Source: Candidatus Peregrinibacteria bacterium GW2011_GWF2_39_17
GTDB lineage: Bacteria > Patescibacteriota > Gracilibacteria > UBA1369 > UBA12473
NCBI GenBank assembly: GCA_000993615.1
Contig: LBWM01000001.1
Location: 23,970 to 87,969, forward strand
Reading direction: 5' to 3'
Length of the DNA: 64,000 nt
Shown here: piece after piece, positions 8,702 through 17,984 of the stretch
Layout: every line of letters starts with the position of its first letter
Position numbering within the stretch: the first letter of the stretch is position 1
The notes under the pieces: generated by a model
Told to the model about the DNA's origin: nothing
The model's input: only the letters and a program-made list of their open reading frames with translations
Databases searched by the model: none
Program-made: the position numbers and the translations under genes

Positions 8702-11700
8702 TTAGAAATCCCCTGAAAATTGTGCCAAAGTTAGTTGATATTCTTGATCTAAAACTGCTATTTCAATTCCTTTGCTATTGAAGAGGTTATTATTACGTTT
8801 GGCTATATTTCCAATAATCTCTTTTAAGGCTAAAGTTTCACTTAGTAAAGCAGTTATTGATTTTGGAGGATCCATGGCTTTAATGTTTTTTCGAGCGATA
8901 CGTAATTGCACGATTAAATTATCAATGTATTCAAGATGAGCATTATCAATCGTCTCAACTGGTAAAATGCTCGCCAAATGAAGTAGTTCGCTGTAATTTT
9001 GAGTTGCTTCTAAGGTGTGTTCAAAAGCTTCCCTAAGCCCCCTGGCAGTTTCAGGGTTTGAAAAATCAGATGTAATATGGCGTTGTTTATGCTCTCCGGC
9101 GAGCATCGAAATTTGAATTTTTTTCAAAATAAAATTAGCCAAAAGTTTCATATTGCCGTGAACATTTGCCTCATTAAGGCCAGAATCTGCCTCTGTAAGT
9201 GCTTTTTCGTAATTTCCAGTTAAGCCCAAGGAATGAACTAATTTTAGGCGTAAATTTAAAATTTCGGACATAGTAAGATGACTTTCTTCGATATTTTCTG
9301 CTTGTGCAAGATAGAGTTCCAGTTGAGTTTGGTATCTTTTTATCTCAGTAAGGTGAGCGGCCAAATCTAAATCCATACTGTAATAATTGGGATCGCCGGG
9401 GTGGGATTCCATCCTTTGTACGACTTCAACCTGTTCCCTAAACATAGGCAGATCCATTGTCCGAACACTATCTGCTAAAAATTCTAAACGGCGAGCTTTA
9501 GCTATGGCGCGTTTATCATCTAAATCTAAATGTAGCATGCCTTGTAATCTAGCGATGGCTTTAGTAGACCTATTTTCCATGTTGGAGATACGCTGTTGCA
9601 GGTTTTTTCCTGTAAATGATATTCGATAATCCGCGGCGGCTTGATAATATTGATAAAGTGCTCTGGCCTTTTTTTGAGCAGGATTTCCCGAGTCACTAGT
9701 AAAAGTAGGAAATTTATTTGTTGCCCCTTCTAAATTTGACAGGTTATTTGCTTTAAAAGCAGCTTCGCATTCCAGTTCCGCAAGCTCAACTAGTAATGCG
9801 GTATCATGAATCTGTAAGTTTTTTGCCGCTTGTAATCTTTTTTGAATGAGTGGGTAAGGAAGATCTAACTCTAGGCTCATGCGGATATTTTGAATATAAA
9901 TACGGCCAGCGGCTTTTAGTAATTCAGGAGGTGAATCAGGAGCGATTAACGGCACGCATAAATCAATAAAAGTTTTTGATACTTGTTCTGCATAAGCTGC
10001 TTGATTAACAGGGATTTTAATAATTGAATCTGTTAAAACTTCAGCTATTTCGCGCGGAATAGTTTTTAGATTTTTGCAAACCACCATCGCAGTTTCAATT
10101 GGGATATCCCTTTTTGTAATTGCTTCGGGGATAGCTGCTAAAATAGCTTCTGATTCCTTATCCACGATAGGTGATTTTTCTCTGACCATTTCCAAAAAAA
10201 GGCGCTGATTAAAACGAATTGAATTTGCTGTTTTGATCAAGATAGGTGGCTGATCATTGAAAAGTTCGTCAGGGATTGGCTTAGCTCCATTTTTTTGTAA
10301 AATCTCAAGGTTGGTTTTTTTGGTCAGGGAATGTGAAAATGCAGCAGGTAAGCTTTCAAAAATTCCGACAATGCGTAGCGTTTTTAATGCCCCAGGCGAT
10401 AATCGTTCCATGCGAGCTTCAATAATTTCGCGCATAGTTTTTTTAGGAGGAGCAAGGGTTAAGTCGGTATTGAATTGGTGTTGCTGGTTAATAAAATTAG
10501 CTTCTTTTAAACGGATAGCCGCTTCTCGTACTACAGAAGGAATATATCGGCCTTGTTCATCCCGAATTGTTGATAAATATGTTTCAATATAACTTGCTGT
10601 CTCTCCGGTAAATTGAAAAGTATCATCAAGTCCAAGTTCGTGAGCAACAATTTGGAAGGCCGCTTTTTGGTTAACTCCCCCTAATGGGAAAGAAGTTAAT
10701 CTGTTGCTATCTTGCGAAGGTGGTTTTTCTTGTGTGGATACCAACACTAGCAAAATTAAGTTACGAACAGGTCCTGGTTCTTGAATAAGTTCATGCAAAA
10801 TTTCATAAGAAGCGGAATCAATATGAGCGATATCCTCACAAGCTAAAATTAGGCGGTGATTTTCCGCTACTCGGTATAGAATTTTTTTAAATAGATCTTT
10901 TGCCACTTCTGGTTTATCTAGAATTCTAGTTGTGGTTTCTCCAGGGCTAAATAAGGCCATATATAAGTTTTGCCAAATTTCAAAGTCGGTTCCTGCGACC
11001 TGCAATGATTGTTTTTTCCCTGAATTAGATGCTCCATAAAGCCATTTTATAAAATCATCTTGGGTTGGGAAAATAGATTTTAAAATTTTAGCCAAGGCGC
11101 CATAAGGACGATGAAGGGCTTCAAGCCTAGGTCCATATTCTCCATTTACCGAAACAGCTAAGGTGTTTCGGTGGGTACCTAATAGGTGCATTGCTCCTCT
11201 TACAAAAGCAGTCACCCCAATGCCTGGAGCGCCCACAATATCAATTTGTCCTTTCGGGATTTTGGCATTTTCAATTCCCTTAATAGCGCTTTTTAAGCGC
11301 TCTAAATCTTGGAGACGTCCGTAAAGAGCGTCAGGTGTTGTTTGTTCTTGGAGTTCGGTGCAAGTAGTGATGGTTTGGGGGGGTAATCCAGGGAGGGTGA
11401 CTCCCTTAATTTCCTGTTCGTCGTGTAATGTATAATGGCTATTTTTTAAGGCTAAAGCAGTGTCGTGATCAAGTCGTAATTGTCCTGAGATTTGAGCTGT
11501 AGCATAGCGAGCAGCTCGATTAGCTGTGTCTGCATGAAGATCGGCTCCTTTGCCAGACATTAAGCGAAAAGCAAAAGGACCATAAGTAATACCGCTCGCT
11601 ACTTTTTGCGGCAAATATTTTATAATATTTGCCGCAAAACTAACTGCTCTTTGGCTTTGATGTAAGGTGTCATTACCCAAAGCACCAAAAAGGACCATGG

Positions 11701-13063
11701 CGTCCCCTCCATCAGCTTCATAGAAAACAGTTCCGCCGTATTGTTTAGCTGTGGTGTGAAGTTGTTCATCCCAATTTAGAAGAGTGGTTGGATTTGGGTT
11801 TTCTGCTTCTTTGTTTAATTTAAGATAAACACAAGTTCCCCATTGTCCTTGTACGGTTTCGTTCAATAGGGCATAGGGATTTATACTGCAACTGGCCAAT
11901 AAAGACATATCATCTAGCAGCTTTTCGTATCTTTTTTGGGTTATTTTTGGATTAGTAGAGCTATTTCTAAATCGCATCGCTGATAGGGTGGGAGGGGTTG
12001 GAAGCGTAATTTCGGCTTTGTCTTTTAACTCAAGTGGTAAGGCTTGAGGCGAAGGACTTGTTTTGGAATTGAAATAAGCAGCAGCATGCTGGGCATGTTG
12101 TTTATGCCATTTTTGAGCTAAGTCAGCCTCTTTTGAGGCAGCTCCGCCTACTGTAAGTTTGCCATTATTGGTAATTGTAATTTCAATATTTGAAATTTGT
12201 GATATTCCAACATGTAAAGCGATTTCTGCTCTAGTGATAAAATCTCTTAATAAAGTACTTAAAAAATCCACAACTCGTCCTTGAAGATTATTCCGATTAG
12301 TAGGATCATCATTTTGTAATCGGCTAACAAAAATTAATTCGTCTCCCGCAGATTTAACTAACTGAATTTCAGGATAATATCTTAAGGCTTCAATCAATTT
12401 TGTTGATAAAATCCCCATGGTTTCCCTAAATTTTTCAGCTAAATTAGCATCTTGTTGTGCCGCAGTTGAGCCCACAACGTCAATCTTAAAGCAGATTCCA
12501 GGGAAACTTTCCGTTCCTACAAAACTTAGAGCTTCTGTGGAATTTCTAGCGATTTTTTCCAGTAAATAAGGGATACCTTGAATTCGATCAATAAAACGAG
12601 CCTCATAAAGCAATAATAATGGCCTAATTTTCCCTAAATAAACCGGATCACGAGTAAGCGTTGCCCAGAAATCACGATATTCCGGTAAACGGAGCGTGAT
12701 TAAGGCTTGATCTAAAGTTTGTCCAGATTCTAGCAAGGGCTTAATATGAGGTAAATTTTTAACCTCTATTTCCAATTGGCTAGGGCCTAGTCCAGGAATA
12801 ATTTCAGGGGCGCTAAGTAGCGACCGCCAGTCTGCGTAACTATGAGGAGTGGTAGGTTTTGAAAATTTAGTTTCTACTGTTCTTGCAACGGCCGTGGTAA
12901 CAGTATTGACCAGGTTTGGTTCTTGGCTAGGGTGGGTCATTTCGGCAATCCCTGGTGTACCGTCAACTACCCGGTGATCTTCTTTTCGCCCCAACGCTAA
13001 ATTTGGATCATTAGCATGAGGTACAGCTATATCTGTTAAGGGGGAAATTTCATCTGTAGACAT
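8702..13063 (-). CDS. Large signalling protein: two class III nucleotidyl-cyclase-like domains, a STAND/AAA_16-type NTPase module and a long helical (TPR-like) C-terminus
   Basis: aa 186-320: ICFKIDVVGST ... KSAGDELIFV (both metal-binding Asp positions present). aa 405-545: CVYLKLNKE ... ADGGDAMVLFG ... TANRAARY (first Asp replaced). P-loop-like IDIVGAPGIGVTAF at aa 607-620 (nt 11204-11245). Walker B-like LILACEDIAHID. The last ~700 aa are alpha-helical repeat-like. Confidence 0.7.
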   Translation of the reverse strand: MSTDEISPLTDIAVPHANDPNLALGRKEDHRVVDGTPGIAEMTHPSQEPNLVNTVTTAVARTVETKFSKPTTPHSYADWRSLLSAPEIIPGLGPSQLEIEVKNLPHIKPLLESGQTLDQALITLRLPEYRDFWATLTRDPVYLGKIRPLLLLYEARFIDRIQGIPYLLEKIARNSTEALSFVGTESFPGICFKIDVVGSTAAQQDANLAEKFRETMGILSTKLIEALRYYPEIQLVKSAGDELIFVSRLQNDDPTNRNNLQGRVVDFLSTLLRDFITRAEIALHVGISQISNIEITITNNGKLTVGGAASKEADLAQKWHKQHAQHAAAYFNSKTSPSPQALPLELKDKAEITLPTPPTLSAMRFRNSSTNPKITQKRYEKLLDDMSLLASCSINPYALLNETVQGQWGTCVYLKLNKEAENPNPTTLLNWDEQLHTTAKQYGGTVFYEADGGDAMVLFGALGNDTLHQSQRAVSFAANIIKYLPQKVASGITYGPFAFRLMSGKGADLHADTANRAARYATAQISGQLRLDHDTALALKNSHYTLHDEQEIKGVTLPGLPPQTITTCTELQEQTTPDALYGRLQDLERLKSAIKGIENAKIPKGQIDIVGAPGIGVTAFVRGAMHLLGTHRNTLAVSVNGEYGPRLEALHRPYGALAKILKSIFPTQDDFIKWLYGASNSGKKQSLQVAGTDFEIWQNLYMALFSPGETTTRILDKPEVAKDLFKKILYRVAENHRLILACEDIAHIDSASYEILHELIQEPGPVRNLILLVLVSTQEKPPSQDSNRLTSFPLGGVNQKAAFQIVAHELGLDDTFQFTGETASYIETYLSTIRDEQGRYIPSVVREAAIRLKEANFINQQHQFNTDLTLAPPKKTMREIIEARMERLSPGALKTLRIVGIFESLPAAFSHSLTKKTNLEILQKNGAKPIPDELFNDQPPILIKTANSIRFNQRLFLEMVREKSPIVDKESEAILAAIPEAITKRDIPIETAMVVCKNLKTIPREIAEVLTDSIIKIPVNQAAYAEQVSKTFIDLCVPLIAPDSPPELLKAAGRIYIQNIRMSLELDLPYPLIQKRLQAAKNLQIHDTALLVELAELECEAAFKANNLSNLEGATNKFPTFTSDSGNPAQKKARALYQYYQAAADYRISFTGKNLQQRISNMENRSTKAIARLQGMLHLDLDDKRAIAKARRLEFLADSVRTMDLPMFREQVEVVQRMESHPGDPNYYSMDLDLAAHLTEIKRYQTQLELYLAQAENIEESHLTMSEILNLRLKLVHSLGLTGNYEKALTEADSGLNEANVHGNMKLLANFILKKIQISMLAGEHKQRHITSDFSNPETARGLREAFEHTLEATQNYSELLHLASILPVETIDNAHLEYIDNLIVQLRIARKNIKAMDPPKSITALLSETLALKEIIGNIAKRNNNLFNSKGIEIAVLDQEYQLTLAQFSGDF

Positions 13064-13175
13064 AAGAGTAGATCAACTAGAAAACTAAAATCTAAATAAA
13101 AAAGAGATTTCGACCTTTAATTATATCTTATTTTATTAAATTTTTCAATATAAACTAATTATGACAAGGCTAGGG

Positions 13176-13204
13176 TTGAATCTTGGCGAGTTTTATGCTA
13201 TAAT
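13176..13204 (+). promoter_or_regulatory. Sigma70-type promoter for the 1261-aa surface protein gene
   Basis: TTGAAT (13176-13181), a 17-nt spacer, then TATAAT (13199-13204). It lies 86 nt upstream of the ATG at 13291. Confidence 0.5.
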
Positions 13205-13290
13205 TTTTAGATTTTTTAAGTATGGGTCATTAAAAAGCCACTTTGTGACTCAAGAAATCATTAAAATAATTAAAAATAAAAGCAAATCTT

Positions 13291-16200
13291 ATGACTCATT
13301 TCTCTAGTCTCAAGTTTCGGTCTTTACTCTTTCCTGGGTTTTTGGTTTTGCTACAAACTGGCTTATTGCTGATTCCGCCGCCTTTAACCAGCCAAGGATA
13401 TGATCCAGCTAATGAATCCTACGGCCTAATTTTCGGTATTTCCGAATATATTCCAGGCGCGATCCCTGATTCCGGGCGAATTGATTTTGAGCATGGAGAC
13501 TGGAGTCCTTTATCTGGGGATTATTATGACTTACCAGATTGGGATGACCCAAATGCTTACAGTATTATTGCCGAAAGTGACCAGTTGAAATTTACCCAAG
13601 AAGGAGCGATTTATGGAGATAGAGCTTATGCTTGGAATACTAATGCTGGCGGTTGGATTAATTTTAAGTGGGGTAGTGATGCTAATTTTGATCAATATGG
13701 CCCTCGGGTTGATTTGGGGCTTAAGGGAGAACTTGCTTCTACCGGAAATGCTTACTGGAGTGGATATGCTTGGAGCGAAACTATTGGTTGGATTTGGTTT
13801 GACTGGACATGTCAGGATTGTGACCAGACACAAAGGGTGCATACAATTTTGCCTCAAGGGTGGCCTGATGTTGATTCAACTCAAGTAGGAGATGTCGAAG
13901 GATATGCTTGGAACGATCAAATTGGCTGGATTAATTTTGGCAGCACAAAAACTGATGACACGAACGTGGTACAAGATCTTCCCAGCTTAAAACAAACCAC
14001 GTCGGTCACTGCGACCATGTCCGTTTATCCTAATCCTTATGACCTAAGTAAATATGGGTTGGACGGTAAAGAAGCCGCGCCCTTAGCCGATGGTAAGGAT
14101 GGCTATAAATTGGTTCTTAAGTTATGGAATCTCGATTCCACGCCAAAAGTTTTTTTGAACGGCGATTATACGGTAAGTATTAAGCCTATTGAGGACGATA
14201 ATTCACATTTGTATCTTGATCAAATTGCCAAAATTGGTAATGCCGTAATTTTTGATGGGGTAAGTTATGATCCTGGTTTGCAAGGGTTTGTTTTGCCGAT
14301 TCATTCCTTTGCCCCAACTTCCAAAATGAACGGGTATGAACAAAATGCCGATGGTGTTTTAGAAAGCTACTTTGATGATTCCATGGAAAATCAATATTTA
14401 CTAAAGGCTATTGAAATTAGTGTCGAGGATGGGCCATCGGAGGTGAAAATTATTAATGCTGCTGATGATCCTTTATGGAATTTGGGAGAAGGAGGCTTAT
14501 TGAATTTTGAATTTGCACCGGCCATTGAAGTAACTAATTTAGGTTATCAGCAGGATGAGGAAACTTTAACCACTGATATTCCTTTTTTACCTTATGAAAA
14601 ATTGAGTTTTCAAGGATTGGTGGCAAATTGGTCAAGTGCTTTGGCCGGAAAATTATTTGAAGTAAAATCATCTCTTTCTGTAGATAGCTCGGAGGGGGAT
14701 TATTCTTTTCTTTTTGATTCTAACCAAGACAATAATTACCAAGTTGGAGTTGACTTAAGTGAAGTAAATTCGGCTTATTCTTTTAGTGGTTCAGGAGAGG
14801 TTGATTATTTAAAAGCCATCAATGATCAATTAGAAGATTATGTTCCGGTAGGAGGTGAAAATTCTTTCAGCCCGATTGTTGGTGGCAGTTTAGGTGAAAT
14901 AGCTGGTGTGGGCATGATTGTTGCCGGGGCAGGATGCGCCCAGGATGAGTGTTCCGGTTTGGATGTTACGGAAAATTACAATTTGTTTTTTAAGCCGGAT
15001 TTAATTGTGAAAGATGTATTTGTGAAAAATAGCGCTGATATTCAAATAAAATTAGAGAATCAAGGATTTGCAGATGTTCCCGCAGGTACTAATGTAGTTA
15101 TCCAAATTCTTAAAAATGGAGCTACTGCTTATACTTTAAATTCCGACAATCTTTCGGAAGCAGAAAAAGGATTTTTAAAAGCTGGTGGCAGCTCTACGTT
15201 AAAAGATATGACTATTTCTGGAGAATCTCAGGGGATTGAAGTAATCGTTGATTCTACTAACAAAGTTACTGAATCAGTTGAAACTAATAATTCGGCAAAA
15301 TCACGAGTAGGAGATTACCCGGATTTAGAAATTAAAAACATTCTTATAAAATCCAATGGTGATTTTACTTTTGATATTGTCAATACTGGTAAAGGCGCAG
15401 TTTCCGAGGATGATCGCGTGAATTCCTTGGGGATGTTTAATATCTATCTAGATGACATGGTGAACCCTGAATATACCTATTCATGGTTTACCATAGAAGA
15501 TAAAGATTTTTTTGAACCTGGTGGTGTTTCTGTAAGTAATCCTGCAATTATTCCTCCGGATACTTTAGTTAGAGTCTGTATTGATCCGTACGACATTGTT
15601 GAAGAATACAATGAAGGAGATAAAAACTGCGCGGAAAAAGTTATTAATAATACGCCAGATTTTACAGTTGATAATTTGTATGTGGATGAGGCTACTTTAG
15701 CGTTAATTGTGCTAGTTTCTAACTTGGGACCAGGTAGTTTTTCGGAAACTGATGCCGCTAAAGGTAATTTGGCAATTTATGTAGATGATATGGAAAATCC
15801 GGTTTGGGATATCCCCTGGACGGATTTTGAAAATAAGAGTTTTCTGAAAGCTGGCTATACTTCACCCTATATCCCTGGCTTAGTTACAGGTCAGCATGTT
15901 GTGCGGGCTTGTCTGGATTCGGTTAACGCGATTCCTGAAATTAGTGAAGTAAATAATTGTAAAGATATTTCAGTAGATAATAAGGAAGTTGTCACCGCTT
16001 ATCACACCCAAATCAGTTATTCCACTTTAGCCGGCACAGTTCGATATCAATCCATGTATTTACCGCAAAATTCGCTAAAAGGCGGTTTGCATCTTTACAA
16101 TGTACCCGCTGAAGATCCTTATAAGCTTCCGGCAGTTATCGAAGGGTCCATTACCAGCCAAAACGCTCCTAATACTATTAGTCAAAATAGCGACGTTGTG

Positions 16201-17076
16201 GCCATTGGTGATGTTTCTACTTCCGAGGTGCGTAATTCGCTTTATAAGCGTTTTTCCGAGTTAACTAAGGGGGTTATTCCCTGGGCAGGTAATGTCCAAT
16301 CCAATACCGTAACAGGTGATCTCAAGCCTTCCGGTAATGCGGAATTATTAATGAAGGATAGCTTGGTTTATTTTATTGGTGATACGCGTATTTCTGATAT
16401 TACGGGGGCATACGATCCTAAAACTGTGGTGGTGGTTGGAGGTGATGTTTACCTTGATAGTAATATTGATGGTGATTATCCGATGGGCTTGTTAGTGTTT
16501 AAGGATAGCTCCTCCGGCAAAGGTGGCAATGTTTATCTTGGACCAAAAGTGACTGATCTATATCTCAACATGTACGCCGATGGCAGTTTATTGCGTTATG
16601 ACGGTGATAAAAGCCATTTATCTAACGGAGTAATGACGTGGAATTTAGAACAGCGAAGATCTAGCTTGGTTGGGCAATTATACATTCAAGGGTCCGTAAT
16701 TTCGCAAAATACAATTGGCGGTACTGATGTTGGGATTTTGCCAAATGGGAAAAGTGCCTCTTCAGGTGTGGCTCGAGAATACGACTTGAATGATTTAAGC
16801 GAATTTGTAAATTGCTGGGTTGAAGTTGACGCCGATACGAATACTCCTATTGATCAAAATAATAACAATCGGTTCTCTGAATCAGATGGTAAGCCTGACT
16901 TGGGAGACATGGTTCGTTGTCCCAAAGATTATAAATTGTCCACTCATTTAGCTGCGGAAGAAGGTATTAGTTTGAACTATTCGCACAATGAGCCCGTGCA
17001 TCTAAAATACATTCCTCCACCAACGGTATTACCAGTTTTAGGGCAAGGGGAAGGAGCGGGATTTTCTTCATATTGA
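13291..17076 (+). CDS. Giant secreted surface protein with W-rich GWI-F repeats and CARDB-like repeats
   Basis: N-terminal signal-like segment LLFPGFLVLLQTGLLLIPPP. Three YAW(N/S)xxxGWIxF repeats (YAWNTNAGGWINFKWG, YAWSETIGWIWFDW, YAWNDQIGWINFG). Three CARDB-like units that start PDLIVKDVFV, PDLEIKNILI, PDFTVDNLYV and end in E-x-NN motifs. Confidence 0.8.
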   Translation: MTHFSSLKFRSLLFPGFLVLLQTGLLLIPPPLTSQGYDPANESYGLIFGISEYIPGAIPDSGRIDFEHGDWSPLSGDYYDLPDWDDPNAYSIIAESDQLKFTQEGAIYGDRAYAWNTNAGGWINFKWGSDANFDQYGPRVDLGLKGELASTGNAYWSGYAWSETIGWIWFDWTCQDCDQTQRVHTILPQGWPDVDSTQVGDVEGYAWNDQIGWINFGSTKTDDTNVVQDLPSLKQTTSVTATMSVYPNPYDLSKYGLDGKEAAPLADGKDGYKLVLKLWNLDSTPKVFLNGDYTVSIKPIEDDNSHLYLDQIAKIGNAVIFDGVSYDPGLQGFVLPIHSFAPTSKMNGYEQNADGVLESYFDDSMENQYLLKAIEISVEDGPSEVKIINAADDPLWNLGEGGLLNFEFAPAIEVTNLGYQQDEETLTTDIPFLPYEKLSFQGLVANWSSALAGKLFEVKSSLSVDSSEGDYSFLFDSNQDNNYQVGVDLSEVNSAYSFSGSGEVDYLKAINDQLEDYVPVGGENSFSPIVGGSLGEIAGVGMIVAGAGCAQDECSGLDVTENYNLFFKPDLIVKDVFVKNSADIQIKLENQGFADVPAGTNVVIQILKNGATAYTLNSDNLSEAEKGFLKAGGSSTLKDMTISGESQGIEVIVDSTNKVTESVETNNSAKSRVGDYPDLEIKNILIKSNGDFTFDIVNTGKGAVSEDDRVNSLGMFNIYLDDMVNPEYTYSWFTIEDKDFFEPGGVSVSNPAIIPPDTLVRVCIDPYDIVEEYNEGDKNCAEKVINNTPDFTVDNLYVDEATLALIVLVSNLGPGSFSETDAAKGNLAIYVDDMENPVWDIPWTDFENKSFLKAGYTSPYIPGLVTGQHVVRACLDSVNAIPEISEVNNCKDISVDNKEVVTAYHTQISYSTLAGTVRYQSMYLPQNSLKGGLHLYNVPAEDPYKLPAVIEGSITSQNAPNTISQNSDVVAIGDVSTSEVRNSLYKRFSELTKGVIPWAGNVQSNTVTGDLKPSGNAELLMKDSLVYFIGDTRISDITGAYDPKTVVVVGGDVYLDSNIDGDYPMGLLVFKDSSSGKGGNVYLGPKVTDLYLNMYADGSLLRYDGDKSHLSNGVMTWNLEQRRSSLVGQLYIQGSVISQNTIGGTDVGILPNGKSASSGVAREYDLNDLSEFVNCWVEVDADTNTPIDQNNNNRFSESDGKPDLGDMVRCPKDYKLSTHLAAEEGISLNYSHNEPVHLKYIPPPTVLPVLGQGEGAGFSSY

Positions 17077-17193
17077 AAGCTCACCTTTTTAGTTCGTTCG
17101 AATAAATAGCAATTAGCACAAAGCCACCTATCCAAACTGGCTTTTGTTGCTTTTCGTCTCCTAAAAGGATAGGATAAACATCGCATTTCTTTT

Positions 17194-17280
17194 GCCGCGG
17201 TGGCGGAACTGGCAGACGCGCACGACTCAAAATCGTGTTCCTGTGAGGGAGTGAGGGTTCGATTCCCTCCCGCGGCACCA
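17194..17280 (+). tRNA. tRNA-Leu(CAA)
   Basis: GCCGCGG acceptor pairs with CCGCGGC. Anticodon arm CACGA-CTCAAAA-TCGTG. Long variable arm, TTCGATT T-loop, encoded CCA. 87 nt. Confidence 0.92.
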
Positions 17281-17296
17281 TTCGGATATATATTGT

Positions 17297-17373
17297 CGGG
17301 GTGTGGCGCAGTTGGCTAGCGCGTACGCATGGGGTGCGTAAGGCCGGAGGTTCAAGTCCTCTCACCCCGACCA
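17297..17373 (+). tRNA. tRNA-Pro(GGG)
   Basis: CGGGGTG/CACCCCG acceptor. Anticodon arm TACGC-ATGGGGT-GCGTA. TTCAAGT T-loop, discriminator A plus CCA. 77 nt. Confidence 0.9.
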
Positions 17374-17386
17374 ATTAAATTTTCCT

Positions 17387-17974
17387 ATGGCCGATGCCTT
17401 ATATCAGTTTATCCTTAATTTGAAATACCCCGCTATTTTTTTGGGAGCTTTTATTGAAGGGCCAACCGTTGCTTTAATTGTCGGAGTTTTAGTAAAATTA
17501 AAGGTAATTAACTTAGGAATTGGATTTCTACTCCATGTAATTGGCGATTTTAGCGCTGATTTTATGTATTACGGCATCGGACTGGTGGGTGGTAGAAAAT
17601 TTTTACATAAAATTGCTTCATTCTTTCGATTTTCCCTGGAAGAAATGGAGCAAATTAAATTTAAGGTAACCAAACATTCTTGGAAATTAATTTTAATTGG
17701 GAAAATTACCCATTTTTTAGGTTTACCGGTTTTAATCGGCGTTGGATTAGCGCATTACTCTTGGTATAAATTTGGAGTTATTAATCTACTCGCTACTCTG
17801 ATTAAATCAGCGATTTTAATTATAATTGGCTATTTCTGGGGACATCTTTGGCGCAATGTTGACAGTACGCTGTCTTATTTGACCATGATTGCTCTTTTTA
17901 TTATCCTAATTCAGATTTTATATTTTATGGCTCGGAGATTAATTAAATCAGGTAATATTTTAAATATCAGCTAG
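17387..17974 (+). CDS. DedA/VTT-family membrane protein
   Basis: 195 aa, multi-TM. FIEGPTVALIVG ... IGDFSADFMYYGIGLVGGRKF resembles the DedA signature. Confidence 0.65.
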   Translation: MADALYQFILNLKYPAIFLGAFIEGPTVALIVGVLVKLKVINLGIGFLLHVIGDFSADFMYYGIGLVGGRKFLHKIASFFRFSLEEMEQIKFKVTKHSWKLILIGKITHFLGLPVLIGVGLAHYSWYKFGVINLLATLIKSAILIIIGYFWGHLWRNVDSTLSYLTMIALFIILIQILYFMARRLIKSGNILNIS

Positions 17975-17984
17975 CCCCCGTAAT

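Noticed and set aside
17081-17374. 97-aa minus-strand ORF (MVGVRGLEPPALRTP...)
   Set aside because: It lies entirely antisense to tRNA-Leu and tRNA-Pro. The GLEP/REGIEPS-type peptides are the usual artefact of translating tRNA genes.
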